Source: an uncultured Nitrososphaerota archaeon
GTDB lineage: Archaea > Thermoproteota > Nitrososphaeria > Nitrososphaerales > Nitrosopumilaceae
Direction of reading: 5' to 3'
DNA: 64,000 nucleotides
NCBI GenBank assembly: GCA_963701075.1
Contig: OY969559.1
Span: forward strand, 1,344,001 to 1,408,000
Shown here: piece by piece, positions 29,338-38,957 of the stretch
How the letters are laid out: each line of letters opens with the position of its first letter
Position numbering within the stretch: position 1 is the first letter of the stretch
Translations under genes and position numbers: made by a program
Notes under the pieces: generated by a model
Database searches by the model: none
Seen by the model: only the letters and a program-made list of their open reading frames with translations
What the model was told of the DNA's origin: nothing

Positions 29338-29793
29338 ATGGCATTTGGTGGAGATGTTGATACTCTTAGTCTCACATTTGACAAATTGCAATATATTTTC
29401 AACGGATATGATATAATTCGCGATTCATTTCTTGAAATAAATACATTGTATAAACAAGGAAATATTGCAGATCATGAGTTTTTTGATAAGATACATGAAA
29501 GCATAATGCGATTTTCTGCATTAGAGTTTTTGTCGATAAAATCAATTTTTGAAATCAAGAAAGCATTGGACAGAAACATGAGAAACGCCAATACTGCCAT
29601 GATAGTAGAACCATTGTCTTCGGACATCCACGTTCAAAGCCATTCAATTTCTGCGTTTATTGTTGCAGGTACTCTACCTAGTTCAAATTCACAGAGGATG
29701 CCCTTTAAAATAGAGAACAGGAATTGCCTACATTGCTAAAGTCCCATCAGAAAGAGTTCAAAATTTTGTGCTAATTGTGGCAATAAGATTTAG
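29338..29793 (+). pseudogene. hypothetical protein with C-terminal zinc ribbon interrupted by in-frame TAA (29737-29739)
   Basis: ..NCLHC*SPIRKSSKFCANCGNKI*; the second CxxC follows the stop in the same frame. Confidence 0.7.
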
Positions 29794-29845
29794 AATTTTG
29801 ATCTCAGAGTACTTGCCTCAGGTATACAAACATCTTGAGATATTG

Positions 29846-30082
29846 CTAGTTTCCAGTTTTCGCTTGCTTGGATCTACGCTTTGCTATTGCACCACATACT
29901 ATAGAAGCAATTAGTAACGCAAAAGCTATTTCTGTATAATACTGATAAGTCACACTTTTAATATTTATAAATGATAAAATAATGAGGACAAAACCAATAG
30001 CTGCAAATACAAAACTTAAAACACCAAGATTATTTTTTGACGTGCTTTTTGTGTAATTTGAGATGTATTTCAACGCTATCAT
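29846..30082 (-). CDS. small 2-TM membrane protein
   Basis: Two hydrophobic helices and a basic tail. Confidence 0.6.
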   Translation of the reverse strand: MIALKYISNYTKSTSKNNLGVLSFVFAAIGFVLIILSFINIKSVTYQYYTEIAFALLIASIVCGAIAKRRSKQAKTGN

Positions 30083-30315
30083 AATTATTTTAAGTGGATA
30101 GAACTGAATTATGGCCTTTTAGCGCTCTCTAGTTTGGCACACACTAGAGTCTGACTTTTCAAACACATACATGAAGATAAGGAGAAGAGACATGATATTT
30201 GCCATTTCACATAATCAAAAACTCGGCATCATTTTCTAATTCTTTATCAACAACCCCTATACAATTTATTGGCAGTAATAGTTAGGCCCAATTAATCCAA
30301 GTGACAAAACTAAGA

Positions 30316-30684
30316 TTATGATGTATTAATTTTGTATATTTCCAGCGCTTGTTTTATTTCATGCATACTAAATGGCTTGTAGATAATTGCGTTAATTTTT
30401 AGTTCTTCTAATTTTCGACCTGTTTCCAAAGTTAGATTTGCTGTTACTGCTACAATCTTTGCAGTAGGATCAATTTCTCTGATTTTCCTAATAGCATAAA
30501 ATCCATCCGTTTTAGGCATCATGAGATCAATAAAAACAACATCAGGTCTATACTGTTTATAAAGACATACAGCTTCACTTCCGCTAAAACCTTTCCCCAC
30601 TACACGTAGTCCCATAAGGTCTAGAATATCAGAAAAAACCTTGGTAGTATTCACATCGTCATCCACAACTATACAGGTAGTCAT
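30316..30684 (-). CDS. single-domain response regulator receiver (CheY-like)
   Basis: VVDDD, IDLMMP, VTA, YKPF. Confidence 0.92.
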   Translation of the reverse strand: MTTCIVVDDDVNTTKVFSDILDLMGLRVVGKGFSGSEAVCLYKQYRPDVVFIDLMMPKTDGFYAIRKIREIDPTAKIVAVTANLTLETGRKLEELKINAIIYKPFSMHEIKQALEIYKINTS

Positions 30685-30804
30685 AATAACCCTAACATGA
30701 AATCCATTTAAAAAGATTCATTCAGACATTGCCTAAAAATTAATTTGAAATATTGTAGTAAAAAATTAATTTCTTAATATGTGGCATTATGCGCTAACAT
30801 TTTG

Positions 30805-32307
30805 ATGAATTTTAAGACAAAATTAGTCATAGGATTTTTAGCTATTATTTCTGTCATGATCATATACGGATTATTTGTTAATGAAATAAAAAAAATCCCA
30901 TTAAACTATGAATATATTGCAGAACAAGAAGGACGAGATCGCGTATTGAATTCCCTTGGAGGAAACCTGTCAGAACCATTTGGGATAAGAGAGACTTTAC
31001 GAGAAAATGTGGTAAATGTGACTGGCAATATTTTAGAGATCAATTCTACTATACTAGGGAGAGATCCTGTAACAAATAAAATTGTCTTTGATGACACTCA
31101 TGTATTTTTTGTTGATAGAACCACTGGAAAGCATCAATCGACGAATGAATATTTCATTTTTCCACCCAATGTTCAAAAAGAAGATTATGATTTTTTCCAT
31201 CCCATGATATTTTCTGAAACTCCTTTTGTTTTTGACCGAGAAGATAACATTGATGGTCTTGATGTATATGATTTCTCGTGTAAATATAGCGATGTGGATG
31301 TATCTTCAGACCATCCAGAATTTGCATCTAAAAAGATACTTTCTGACGGAGGTTGTACAATCTCAGTTGAGCCTGTAACTGGAATTATGGTTTCTTTTTC
31401 TAAATACTGGGATGACTATTTTGTAAATGATGGTGTCAGAGGAGCAGATGTAGAGATCGGAGAAAAACACACCACTGAATATTCCAAAAATATTTTAGTT
31501 AATACTGCAAAATCTACAAAGACGCTCTATTTTTTTCTTGATTTAGTTTTTCCAAGTTTGATCGGGGTAGTTGGAATTGCAATATTATTTGTGGCACTCT
31601 TATTTGACAAAACAAAAAATCAAGCCAAAATCATCATACAAACACAAAATGAGGTGATAAAAAAAGAAAAGCTGTCTGTAGTAGGTGAACTTACTGCAAG
31701 AATTTCGCATGACCTTCGAAACCCATTAAGTGCAATCAGATTAACAATTCAAGCAATCGAGATGAGAGTCAATAATAAGTTGGACCCAAAACTTGAGGAA
31801 TATCTTCCAATAATAAATGATGCCGTATCTAGAATCAATCACCAGATTAACCAAGTATTAGGATTTGTTAAAACAATGCCTTTGGACAAAAAACTAGTCT
31901 CAATTTCCAACATTTTGGATGATTCTATTAAAAACACAAACATCCCAAAAAATATCTCAACAATACTACCGGAAAATGACTTTTCTCTCATGGCAGACAG
32001 AATTCAGTTGTCAGTTGCTTTTACCAATATTTTGTTAAATGCAGTAGATGAAATAGGAGAAAATGAAGGAAAGATAACAATACGTGCTAGAAGTGAAAAA
32101 AATAATCTGGTTATAGAGTTTGAGGATTCAGGAGATGGCATATCAAAAGAAAACATTAGCAAAATATTTGAGCCATTGTTTACCACCAAACAAAATGGAA
32201 CAGGTCTTGGTCTTTCCAGCGTTCGTGCAATTATAGAATCTCACGGGGGATCCATATCTGTCAAATCACCTCCTACTGTTTTTACGATATTTCTTCCACA
32301 AAACTAG
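30805..32307 (+). CDS. membrane sensor histidine kinase with DUF3068/PorA-like extracytoplasmic domain
   Basis: Two TMs; SHDLRNPL H-box, DSGDG and GTGLGL; sensor motifs VDRTTG, FPPNVQKEDY, VEPVTG. Confidence 0.88.
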   Translation: MNFKTKLVIGFLAIISVMIIYGLFVNEIKKIPLNYEYIAEQEGRDRVLNSLGGNLSEPFGIRETLRENVVNVTGNILEINSTILGRDPVTNKIVFDDTHVFFVDRTTGKHQSTNEYFIFPPNVQKEDYDFFHPMIFSETPFVFDREDNIDGLDVYDFSCKYSDVDVSSDHPEFASKKILSDGGCTISVEPVTGIMVSFSKYWDDYFVNDGVRGADVEIGEKHTTEYSKNILVNTAKSTKTLYFFLDLVFPSLIGVVGIAILFVALLFDKTKNQAKIIIQTQNEVIKKEKLSVVGELTARISHDLRNPLSAIRLTIQAIEMRVNNKLDPKLEEYLPIINDAVSRINHQINQVLGFVKTMPLDKKLVSISNILDDSIKNTNIPKNISTILPENDFSLMADRIQLSVAFTNILLNAVDEIGENEGKITIRARSEKNNLVIEFEDSGDGISKENISKIFEPLFTTKQNGTGLGLSSVRAIIESHGGSISVKSPPTVFTIFLPQN

Positions 32308-32328
32308 AATCCTTGGTTTAAAAATTCA

Positions 32329-32401
32329 TGGATCGGAAGGGATTTGAACCCCTGACCACCGCAGTGTGAGTGCGGTATCCTACCAGCTAGACCACCGATC
32401 C
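32329..32401 (-). tRNA. tRNA-Val (CAC)
   Basis: GGATCGG/CCGATCC acceptor; CCGCA-CTCACAC-TGCGG anticodon arm; GTTCAAATC. Confidence 0.95.
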
Positions 32402-32526
32402 AAGCCTTCTGGAAAGCATGTACCTATTTTGTCTTTGCACAAACTACAATCAAATCTAGAAAGATTCATTCCTATAGACTTTGTATGGCATAAGGTTTAA
32501 TTCAACAACAGGATCAAGTGCAGAAC

Positions 32527-34377
32527 ATGCGTATATTGCAGCTTCACTGCGATTACATTGAGTTCACTCCAGTTAAAAAAGAAATCAAATCTGCAGAAGA
32601 AATTGATCCACAATCAAAACATTTCGATGAGATAGTTGTAGCTTTTGTAGCAGTCGAAGAAGGAGATAATTCAGAAGTGGCAAAAAAAGCAATGAATGAA
32701 ATTTCAGAGTCTATGAAAAAAGTCGGTTGTAACAAATTATTACTATACCCTTATGCACATTTGAGCTCAAAACTTGCATCTCCGAATGCCGCATTATCGG
32801 TTCTAAAAGAAATGCAATCAAAGGGAGATGGTCTTGAAATCCACAGTGCACCGTTTGGGTGGACTAAATCATACAAACTCCAAGTAAAAGGGCACCCACT
32901 TGCTGAAAATTCCAAAACCATATCAGCTGGGGAGGAAAAGGAATCTACTTCCGAGGCACTAAAGGCAGAATCCAAGATCCAATCATTTTGGCACATCATG
33001 ACACCCGATGGTAAAATGCATGATATTGACAAGTTTAATTTTGCAAAATATCCAAATTTGGAGGTTCTTGCAAAATACGAAGCTGCAAAGAAACGCTCAG
33101 TTGATGAACCTCCGCCTCACGTAAAACTAATGAAAAAATTAGCTATTGCAGATTACGAGCCTGCTTCCGACGCAGGTAACATGCGATTTTTTCCAAATGG
33201 CAGACTGATAAAATCACTCCTCGAGCGATATGTTACCGAACAGGTGATAGAATACGGAGGGTTTGAGGTAGAGACACCAATCATGTACGACTCACATCAT
33301 CCAAGCATGGAGAGTTATTTCAACAGATTCCCGGCAAGGCAGTACAACGTGCAGTCAGAAGGTAAGCAACTTTTCCTGAGATTTGCAGCATGTTTTGGGC
33401 AATTCCTTATGGCCAAGGATTTTCAAATGTCCTACAAGAATCTTCCTCTACGATTGTATGAGCTTACCCGTTATAGTTTCAGAAGAGAACAATCAGGAGA
33501 GTTGGTAGGACTACGAAGATTGAGGGCGTTTACTATGCCTGATTGTCACGCGATGTGCAAAGACATGGAACAATCAAAAGAAGAGTTTCGGAAAAGATTC
33601 GATTTGTCAAGACATGTAATCAGAGGCATTGGATTAGACGAGTCAGATTTTGAGATGGCAATAAGATTCACAGAAGAGTTCTACAATGAAAACAAGTCTT
33701 TCATTGAGGAGATTGTAAGCAAAATAGGTAAACCGGTGCTTGTAGAGATGTGGAAAGAGAGATTTTTCTATTTTGTTCTCAAATGGGAATTCAATTATGT
33801 TGATAGTTTAGGCAAAGCCTCTGCGCTATCAACGGACCAAATCGATATTGAAAATGGTAAGAGATACAATATAGAATTTATTGACGAGAACAACAAACCG
33901 CAAAATCCAATCATACTACACAATTCCCCAAGCGGAGCAATCGAACGAGTGATATATGTATTGCTTGAAAAAGCAGCAAAAGATCAAAAAGAAGGCCGAA
34001 AGCCAACACTGCCCTTATGGCTTGCACCGACACAGGTAAGAATAATCCCAATCAAACCTGAATTTCTAGACTATTGTGAAAAGTTAGCTGAAAAAATATC
34101 ACAGAATGACATTCGAGTTGATCTAGATGATAGAAACGAAAGTGTGGGCAAAAGTATCCGTGATGCAGAAACAGATTGGATACGCTACATCATTGTAATT
34201 GGAGAAAAAGAAGTAAACGCGGCCAAACTAAGTATCAGAGATAGAAAAACTAGCAGTGTAAAAGAGATGGCAGTGGACGAGATGGTCAAAGAGATCAAGG
34301 AGGAGACAAAGGATATGCCATTTTTGAAGATGAATATGAGCAGATATGTCTCAAAAAGACCACAAATAATGGTCTAG
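32527..34377 (+). CDS. thrS: threonyl-tRNA synthetase, archaeal type with N-terminal editing domain
   Basis: MRILQLHCD, YPYAHLS, FRREQSGE, LHNSPSGAIER. Confidence 0.96.
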   Translation: MRILQLHCDYIEFTPVKKEIKSAEEIDPQSKHFDEIVVAFVAVEEGDNSEVAKKAMNEISESMKKVGCNKLLLYPYAHLSSKLASPNAALSVLKEMQSKGDGLEIHSAPFGWTKSYKLQVKGHPLAENSKTISAGEEKESTSEALKAESKIQSFWHIMTPDGKMHDIDKFNFAKYPNLEVLAKYEAAKKRSVDEPPPHVKLMKKLAIADYEPASDAGNMRFFPNGRLIKSLLERYVTEQVIEYGGFEVETPIMYDSHHPSMESYFNRFPARQYNVQSEGKQLFLRFAACFGQFLMAKDFQMSYKNLPLRLYELTRYSFRREQSGELVGLRRLRAFTMPDCHAMCKDMEQSKEEFRKRFDLSRHVIRGIGLDESDFEMAIRFTEEFYNENKSFIEEIVSKIGKPVLVEMWKERFFYFVLKWEFNYVDSLGKASALSTDQIDIENGKRYNIEFIDENNKPQNPIILHNSPSGAIERVIYVLLEKAAKDQKEGRKPTLPLWLAPTQVRIIPIKPEFLDYCEKLAEKISQNDIRVDLDDRNESVGKSIRDAETDWIRYIIVIGEKEVNAAKLSIRDRKTSSVKEMAVDEMVKEIKEETKDMPFLKMNMSRYVSKRPQIMV

Positions 34378-34424
34378 AGACCAGGGCACTAGCATTCCAT
34401 AATCTGTCAAACAAAGATTTTGAG

Positions 34425-35300
34425 TTATTTACGAGAAAGATTCATGGCTATTACTTCAGCCATCAATTTTGCTGCCACAGATGCCGTTGCTCCATTGTCA
34501 TATGTGGGACACAGTTCCACAATGTCCATACATCGGATCACGTTGTTTTCCATCGCATATACCATGTCAAACAACTCGCGAGATGTAATCCCCATTGCTT
34601 CTGGATTTCCAACTCCTGGGGCAAATGCAGGATCAAGCACATCTAAATCGATGCTGAGGTAAACTTTGTCAAATGTTGAGAGTGCATCTTTTACAAGTTT
34701 TGGGCCCTTACCGTCTCGGATATCTTTGTCAGTTATGGTTCTAACATTGTGTTCTGTTTTGAATGCAAGTTCTTCTTTGACAAAAGAACGAGCGCCTACA
34801 TGGATTATGTTATCAGCCCCTCTTTTCTCAATAATTCTTCGAAGATATGCCGCATGACTTAGTTTGATGTCAGCATATTCGTCTCTTAGGTCGTAGTGTG
34901 CGTCAAATACAATATACCCAGTATCTTTTGGAAAACTCATGTATGTGCCATAAGTGATAAGATGTTCGCCTCCCAAGATTATGATCTGCTTATTGCGCGA
35001 AACAAGCTCTGATGTGATCTTTCCTATCATGTCAAGTACTTCGGTTGCTACAACTGTGTGTTTTGTGTTACCAAGATCCTCGACATTTACAGATTCCAAA
35101 TCAACGTTAAACCTAGTTGAGAAGATCTCTATGTTATTGAATGCAAGTCTGATTGCATCAGGACCAAATCTAGTGCCTGGCCTAAACGAATGGGTTGAAT
35201 CAAATGGTATTCCATATACAATTGCAGAAACATCGCCCTCTTCGTTTGGACTAGTAATCAGTGGATTTCGGTTCATATACAGATCAGTGAAACTCAACAA
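34425..35300 (-). CDS. speB: agmatinase
   Basis: GGEH, DAHYD, SIDLDVLDP. Confidence 0.9.
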   Translation of the reverse strand: MLSFTDLYMNRNPLITSPNEEGDVSAIVYGIPFDSTHSFRPGTRFGPDAIRLAFNNIEIFSTRFNVDLESVNVEDLGNTKHTVVATEVLDMIGKITSELVSRNKQIIILGGEHLITYGTYMSFPKDTGYIVFDAHYDLRDEYADIKLSHAAYLRRIIEKRGADNIIHVGARSFVKEELAFKTEHNVRTITDKDIRDGKGPKLVKDALSTFDKVYLSIDLDVLDPAFAPGVGNPEAMGITSRELFDMVYAMENNVIRCMDIVELCPTYDNGATASVAAKLMAEVIAMNLSRK

Positions 35301-35391
35301 AAACGCTCACGCTGCACCGCAGATATAATGTTATGGAAATCAAACCATGTTGTCATAAGTTGCATGGAATTCATTGTAATACTATAGAATA

Positions 35392-35451
35392 GGCGAGAAC
35401 GCCGTGACGGGGTTGAAAGAATAGGCAAAAAATAACCTATGCGTTCTCGTC
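35392..35451. other. intergenic stem-loop (candidate sRNA)
   Basis: GGCGAGAACGC/GCGTTCTCGTC 11-bp stem; ATAGG/CCTAT inner stem. Confidence 0.45.
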
Positions 35452-35540
35452 ATAATTTCATTGCCTGATACACTATTTATCGATAGATTAACTTGGTTAA
35501 CTTTGGTTGCAAGTCAAGATCATCGTACGATATGACAAAA

Positions 35541-35708
35541 CTAGTTTAGAATCAGCGTTCTGCCAAAAGCCCCACAGTCCATGTGAACCTGCTCTTCGCT
35601 AGCCTTGTTGCATGCCCTACATATCAGGAGGATTACCTCGTTGCATGTATCACAACGTTGAAATTCTTTCATATCTTCTCCACAAGTTCTACATGAATCT
35701 ATTCGCAT
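35541..35708 (-). CDS. 55-aa double zinc-finger microprotein (3 CxxC + HxxC), not in ORF track
   Basis: MRIDSCRTCGEDMKEFQRCDTCNEVILLICRACNKASEEQVHMDCGAFGRTLILN; TTTATAA TATA box ~25 nt upstream. Confidence 0.8.
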   Translation of the reverse strand: MRIDSCRTCGEDMKEFQRCDTCNEVILLICRACNKASEEQVHMDCGAFGRTLILN

Positions 35709-35817
35709 ATATACAAAATTTACAAATTCGACTTATAAATTGTATTAATATTAGTCTTGACTAACTAAGTGAAAAAAATACGCACTTGATAAAGAAAATA
35801 GATAGAACGACAAGATC

Positions 35818-37224
35818 TTAGGATGCCAGTTTCTTTCGTATTATCTCAAGTGTGGTACTAGGATCTGCTTTGCCCTTGGTCTTTCGCATGACTTTTCCTA
35901 CGATATAATTTACCGTATCAGGATTCTGCTTTGCTTCCAATACTGCCTTTTCCTCTTCTTTGAATACCTCATCTATTATTTTTTCAAGAGATGATGCATC
36001 ACTTACATTACCAAGGTCTAGACTAGAAACTATCTCGGACAGAGACTTGCCAGTCTTTACCATCTCTTGCAGCGCGATCTTGCCTGAATTTCGCGTTATC
36101 GTGTTATTTAGAATTGCGTCTGCCAAGTCAGAGATGTGCTTTGGCATTATCTTCAGTTCCAGCTTCTTTTCCCTAGTATCTGCAAAACCCATGATGTCAG
36201 TGGTGATTATATTTGCAACTTCCTTTGCGTTGGTATCGGTATGTGCCTTTTCAAATAAATCTGAGTAAAACTTGTCTGATGACAATACATCTCCAACCTG
36301 AGACGGAATGCCGTATTTTTTGACATATCGTTCCTTTTTAGCAACAATACTTTCCGGCATCTGTGCTTTAAGAGTCTCAATTTTGTTTTGAGCAATACGA
36401 ATAATTGGAATGTCTGCTTCAGGCAAGTATCTATAATCTTGTTCTTCTTCTTTTGACCTTGATGAGACTGTGATCTTTCTTGCTTCATCCCAGTGCCGGG
36501 TCTCTGCTGCAACTGGTATATTTCTTTCAACTAGGCTTTGTTGCCGTGTGATCTCAAAATGCAATGCCTTTTCAATATCACGAAAAGATCCAACATTTTT
36601 TATCTCAACTCTGTTTGCTTTTTCAACCGATATGTTGCCATCAACTCTCATGGCACCTTCAAGATATGGGTCAGATACACCGAGGTTCTCAACCAAGTCT
36701 GCAAGGACGTTTAGGAATATACGAACTTGCCTTGGATTTTCAAAATCAGGTTCTGTCACTATTTCAACTAGTGGAGCCCCTGCTCTATTGTAATCAACAA
36801 GGGTAATCTGTGTTTTTTCAGAGCTTCCTTCATACACTAGCCTGCCAGGGTCTTCCTCAAGCTGGATTCTTCTTATCTTGATTTCTTTTCCTTCTATCTG
36901 GACTGTTCCGTCTGAGCCTATGCTGGTTGGACCATATGCATTGTATTGAGTGACCTGAAAACCCTTTGGCAAATCGGGGTAAAAGTAATTCTTTCTAAAA
37001 AAACTGATTCGTTCTGGAATCTGGCAACCAAGGGCAAGTGATATCACAGTAGCTTTCTCTACTGCCTTTTTGTTGAGTATGGGCAATGCGCCTGGAAGAC
37101 CAATACAGACAGGACAGATGTTTGAATTTGTCGGAATACTTCTATAATCAGCTTTGCAACTACAGAATAGTTTACTCTCTAGCTTTGTTAATTGACAGTG
37201 AATCTCAAGTCCTATCTTTGTCAT
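35818..37224 (-). CDS. gatB: Asp-tRNA(Asn)/Glu-tRNA(Gln) amidotransferase subunit B
   Basis: IGLEIHCQL, RKNYFYPDLPKG, DYNRAGAPLVEIVTEPD. Confidence 0.96.
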   Translation of the reverse strand: MTKIGLEIHCQLTKLESKLFCSCKADYRSIPTNSNICPVCIGLPGALPILNKKAVEKATVISLALGCQIPERISFFRKNYFYPDLPKGFQVTQYNAYGPTSIGSDGTVQIEGKEIKIRRIQLEEDPGRLVYEGSSEKTQITLVDYNRAGAPLVEIVTEPDFENPRQVRIFLNVLADLVENLGVSDPYLEGAMRVDGNISVEKANRVEIKNVGSFRDIEKALHFEITRQQSLVERNIPVAAETRHWDEARKITVSSRSKEEEQDYRYLPEADIPIIRIAQNKIETLKAQMPESIVAKKERYVKKYGIPSQVGDVLSSDKFYSDLFEKAHTDTNAKEVANIITTDIMGFADTREKKLELKIMPKHISDLADAILNNTITRNSGKIALQEMVKTGKSLSEIVSSLDLGNVSDASSLEKIIDEVFKEEEKAVLEAKQNPDTVNYIVGKVMRKTKGKADPSTTLEIIRKKLAS

Positions 37225-38672
37225 AGCGGTACCCCTGAAAGATGAGTTGTCTGTTGCAGTGCATATGCAGTTTGTAACAAACTCTTTTCTTGAAATGAGT
37301 TTGCAAAAATCTGTATGCCGATTGGCAGACCCAAGTTGGATATTGAAAATGGAACTGAGATGGCAGGAATTCCAGTCAGGTTAGCTGTAATGGTGTTGAT
37401 GTCAAGCTGATACAATGTTAGTGGATCGTCTATTTTCTCGCCAATCTTGAAAGGCAGTATTGGCATTGTCGGTGCAACAAGAAAGTCTACTTTTTTGAAT
37501 ACCTCGTCAATCTGGAATTTCATCATTGCTCTCACCTTTTGTGCTTTCAAATAGTACTTGCCATAGTATCCTGCAGACAGCACGAATGCTCCAAGTAGCA
37601 TTCTGCGGGTTACTTCAGGTCCAAAGCTACTCCTTACTTTAGACACATATGCCTTGAATTCATAACCTTCAGTGCCAAGATCAAATCCGTATCTTATGTT
37701 ATCATATCTTGCAAGATTACTGCTTGCCTCTGCAGAAGCAATTGTATAATATGCAGCTACAGAGTGCTCTATAGAATCAAGCGATATTGTAATGCATTCG
37801 GCTCCAAGGTCTTGTAACTTTGAGATTGCATTGTTTGTTGCAGTAGACACCTCTTTGTCTACTCCATCTCCGGTCATCTGTTGTACTAGACCTATTTTCT
37901 TTCCCTTTATTCCAGCATCCAAGTCTTTAGCATAGTCTACACTACCTTTTTCCACAGTTGTATCATCATGGGAATCATGGCCTGCAATGACGTTCATGAC
38001 AAGGGCAATGTCTTCGACCTTTCTTGCAATGGGACCAATCTGTTCTATGCTGTTGGCATAAGAAACAAGTCCGTATCTACTTACAAGACCATAGGTTGGT
38101 TTCAATCCAACTACAGAACAAAAGCTTGCAGGGCTTCGAACCGAGCCGCCAGTATCAGAACCAAGTGATATCATGCATTCAAGAGCACTTACGGATACGC
38201 CGCTCCCGCCAGATGATCCACCAGGCACATATTTGATATTCCACGGATTTCTACTAGGACCAAAATAGCTAAATTCGGTAGTAGAGCCCATTGCAAATTC
38301 GTCAAGGTTTACCTTACCCAGTATTATAGCATCTTCGTGTTTGAGCCTAGATACAACAGTGGCATCATACGGTGCAACAAAGTTTTCTAGCACTTTGGAA
38401 GCACAGGTGGTTCTAATTCCAGAGGTACAAATGTTATCTTTTATAGACATAGGCATGCCAAGAAACAGGCCGGTTTTTTCCTTTGCCTTTATCTTTTTGT
38501 CAACCGACCTTGCCTGGTTTAAAGCATTTTGCTCATCAATTGTAATGTAGGCATGTACCTTGTCTTCAACAACGTGAATTCGGTCTAGTGTCTTTGCAAT
38601 AAACTCTTCAACAGAAACATCTCCGTTACGTACCAGTGACAAGTACTCTGTTGTAGATATTCCAAGATCCAT
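37221..38672 (-). CDS. gatA: amidotransferase subunit A
   Basis: PGGSSGGS, GSDTGGSVR amidase signature. Confidence 0.96.
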   Translation of the reverse strand: MDLGISTTEYLSLVRNGDVSVEEFIAKTLDRIHVVEDKVHAYITIDEQNALNQARSVDKKIKAKEKTGLFLGMPMSIKDNICTSGIRTTCASKVLENFVAPYDATVVSRLKHEDAIILGKVNLDEFAMGSTTEFSYFGPSRNPWNIKYVPGGSSGGSGVSVSALECMISLGSDTGGSVRSPASFCSVVGLKPTYGLVSRYGLVSYANSIEQIGPIARKVEDIALVMNVIAGHDSHDDTTVEKGSVDYAKDLDAGIKGKKIGLVQQMTGDGVDKEVSTATNNAISKLQDLGAECITISLDSIEHSVAAYYTIASAEASSNLARYDNIRYGFDLGTEGYEFKAYVSKVRSSFGPEVTRRMLLGAFVLSAGYYGKYYLKAQKVRAMMKFQIDEVFKKVDFLVAPTMPILPFKIGEKIDDPLTLYQLDINTITANLTGIPAISVPFSISNLGLPIGIQIFANSFQEKSLLQTAYALQQTTHLSGVPL

Positions 38673-38948
38673 TTAGATCATCTTTGGAGCGCGTACAAAA
38701 TTATTTTGATCTCTCTTTAATTTATTGATGAGTAACACACCATCAGTCAGAAATGGTTCGTGTATATCTTCGCGGAGATCCTCATATTGCATCTCTTTTC
38801 GCAATGTTGCATCAGAGGCATATTCTACTTTGTCTAGATTATTAAAATAGTTTAGAATCTGATCTACTTGAGTGATATATTTTTCTGTGTCTTGCAACTC
38901 GACTTTTACTAAATCCCCCAGATGCTCAATTTCTTTTCTGTCTACCAT
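38673..38948 (-). CDS. gatC: amidotransferase subunit C
   Basis: LRED, FVRAPK; position between aspS and gatA. Confidence 0.88.
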   Translation of the reverse strand: MVDRKEIEHLGDLVKVELQDTEKYITQVDQILNYFNNLDKVEYASDATLRKEMQYEDLREDIHEPFLTDGVLLINKLKRDQNNFVRAPKMI

Positions 38949-38957
38949 TTCAATCCA

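Noticed and set aside
28850-32401. Integrated element at the tRNA-Val 3' end
   Set aside because: No integrase seen, and no duplicated tRNA 3' end found by eye.
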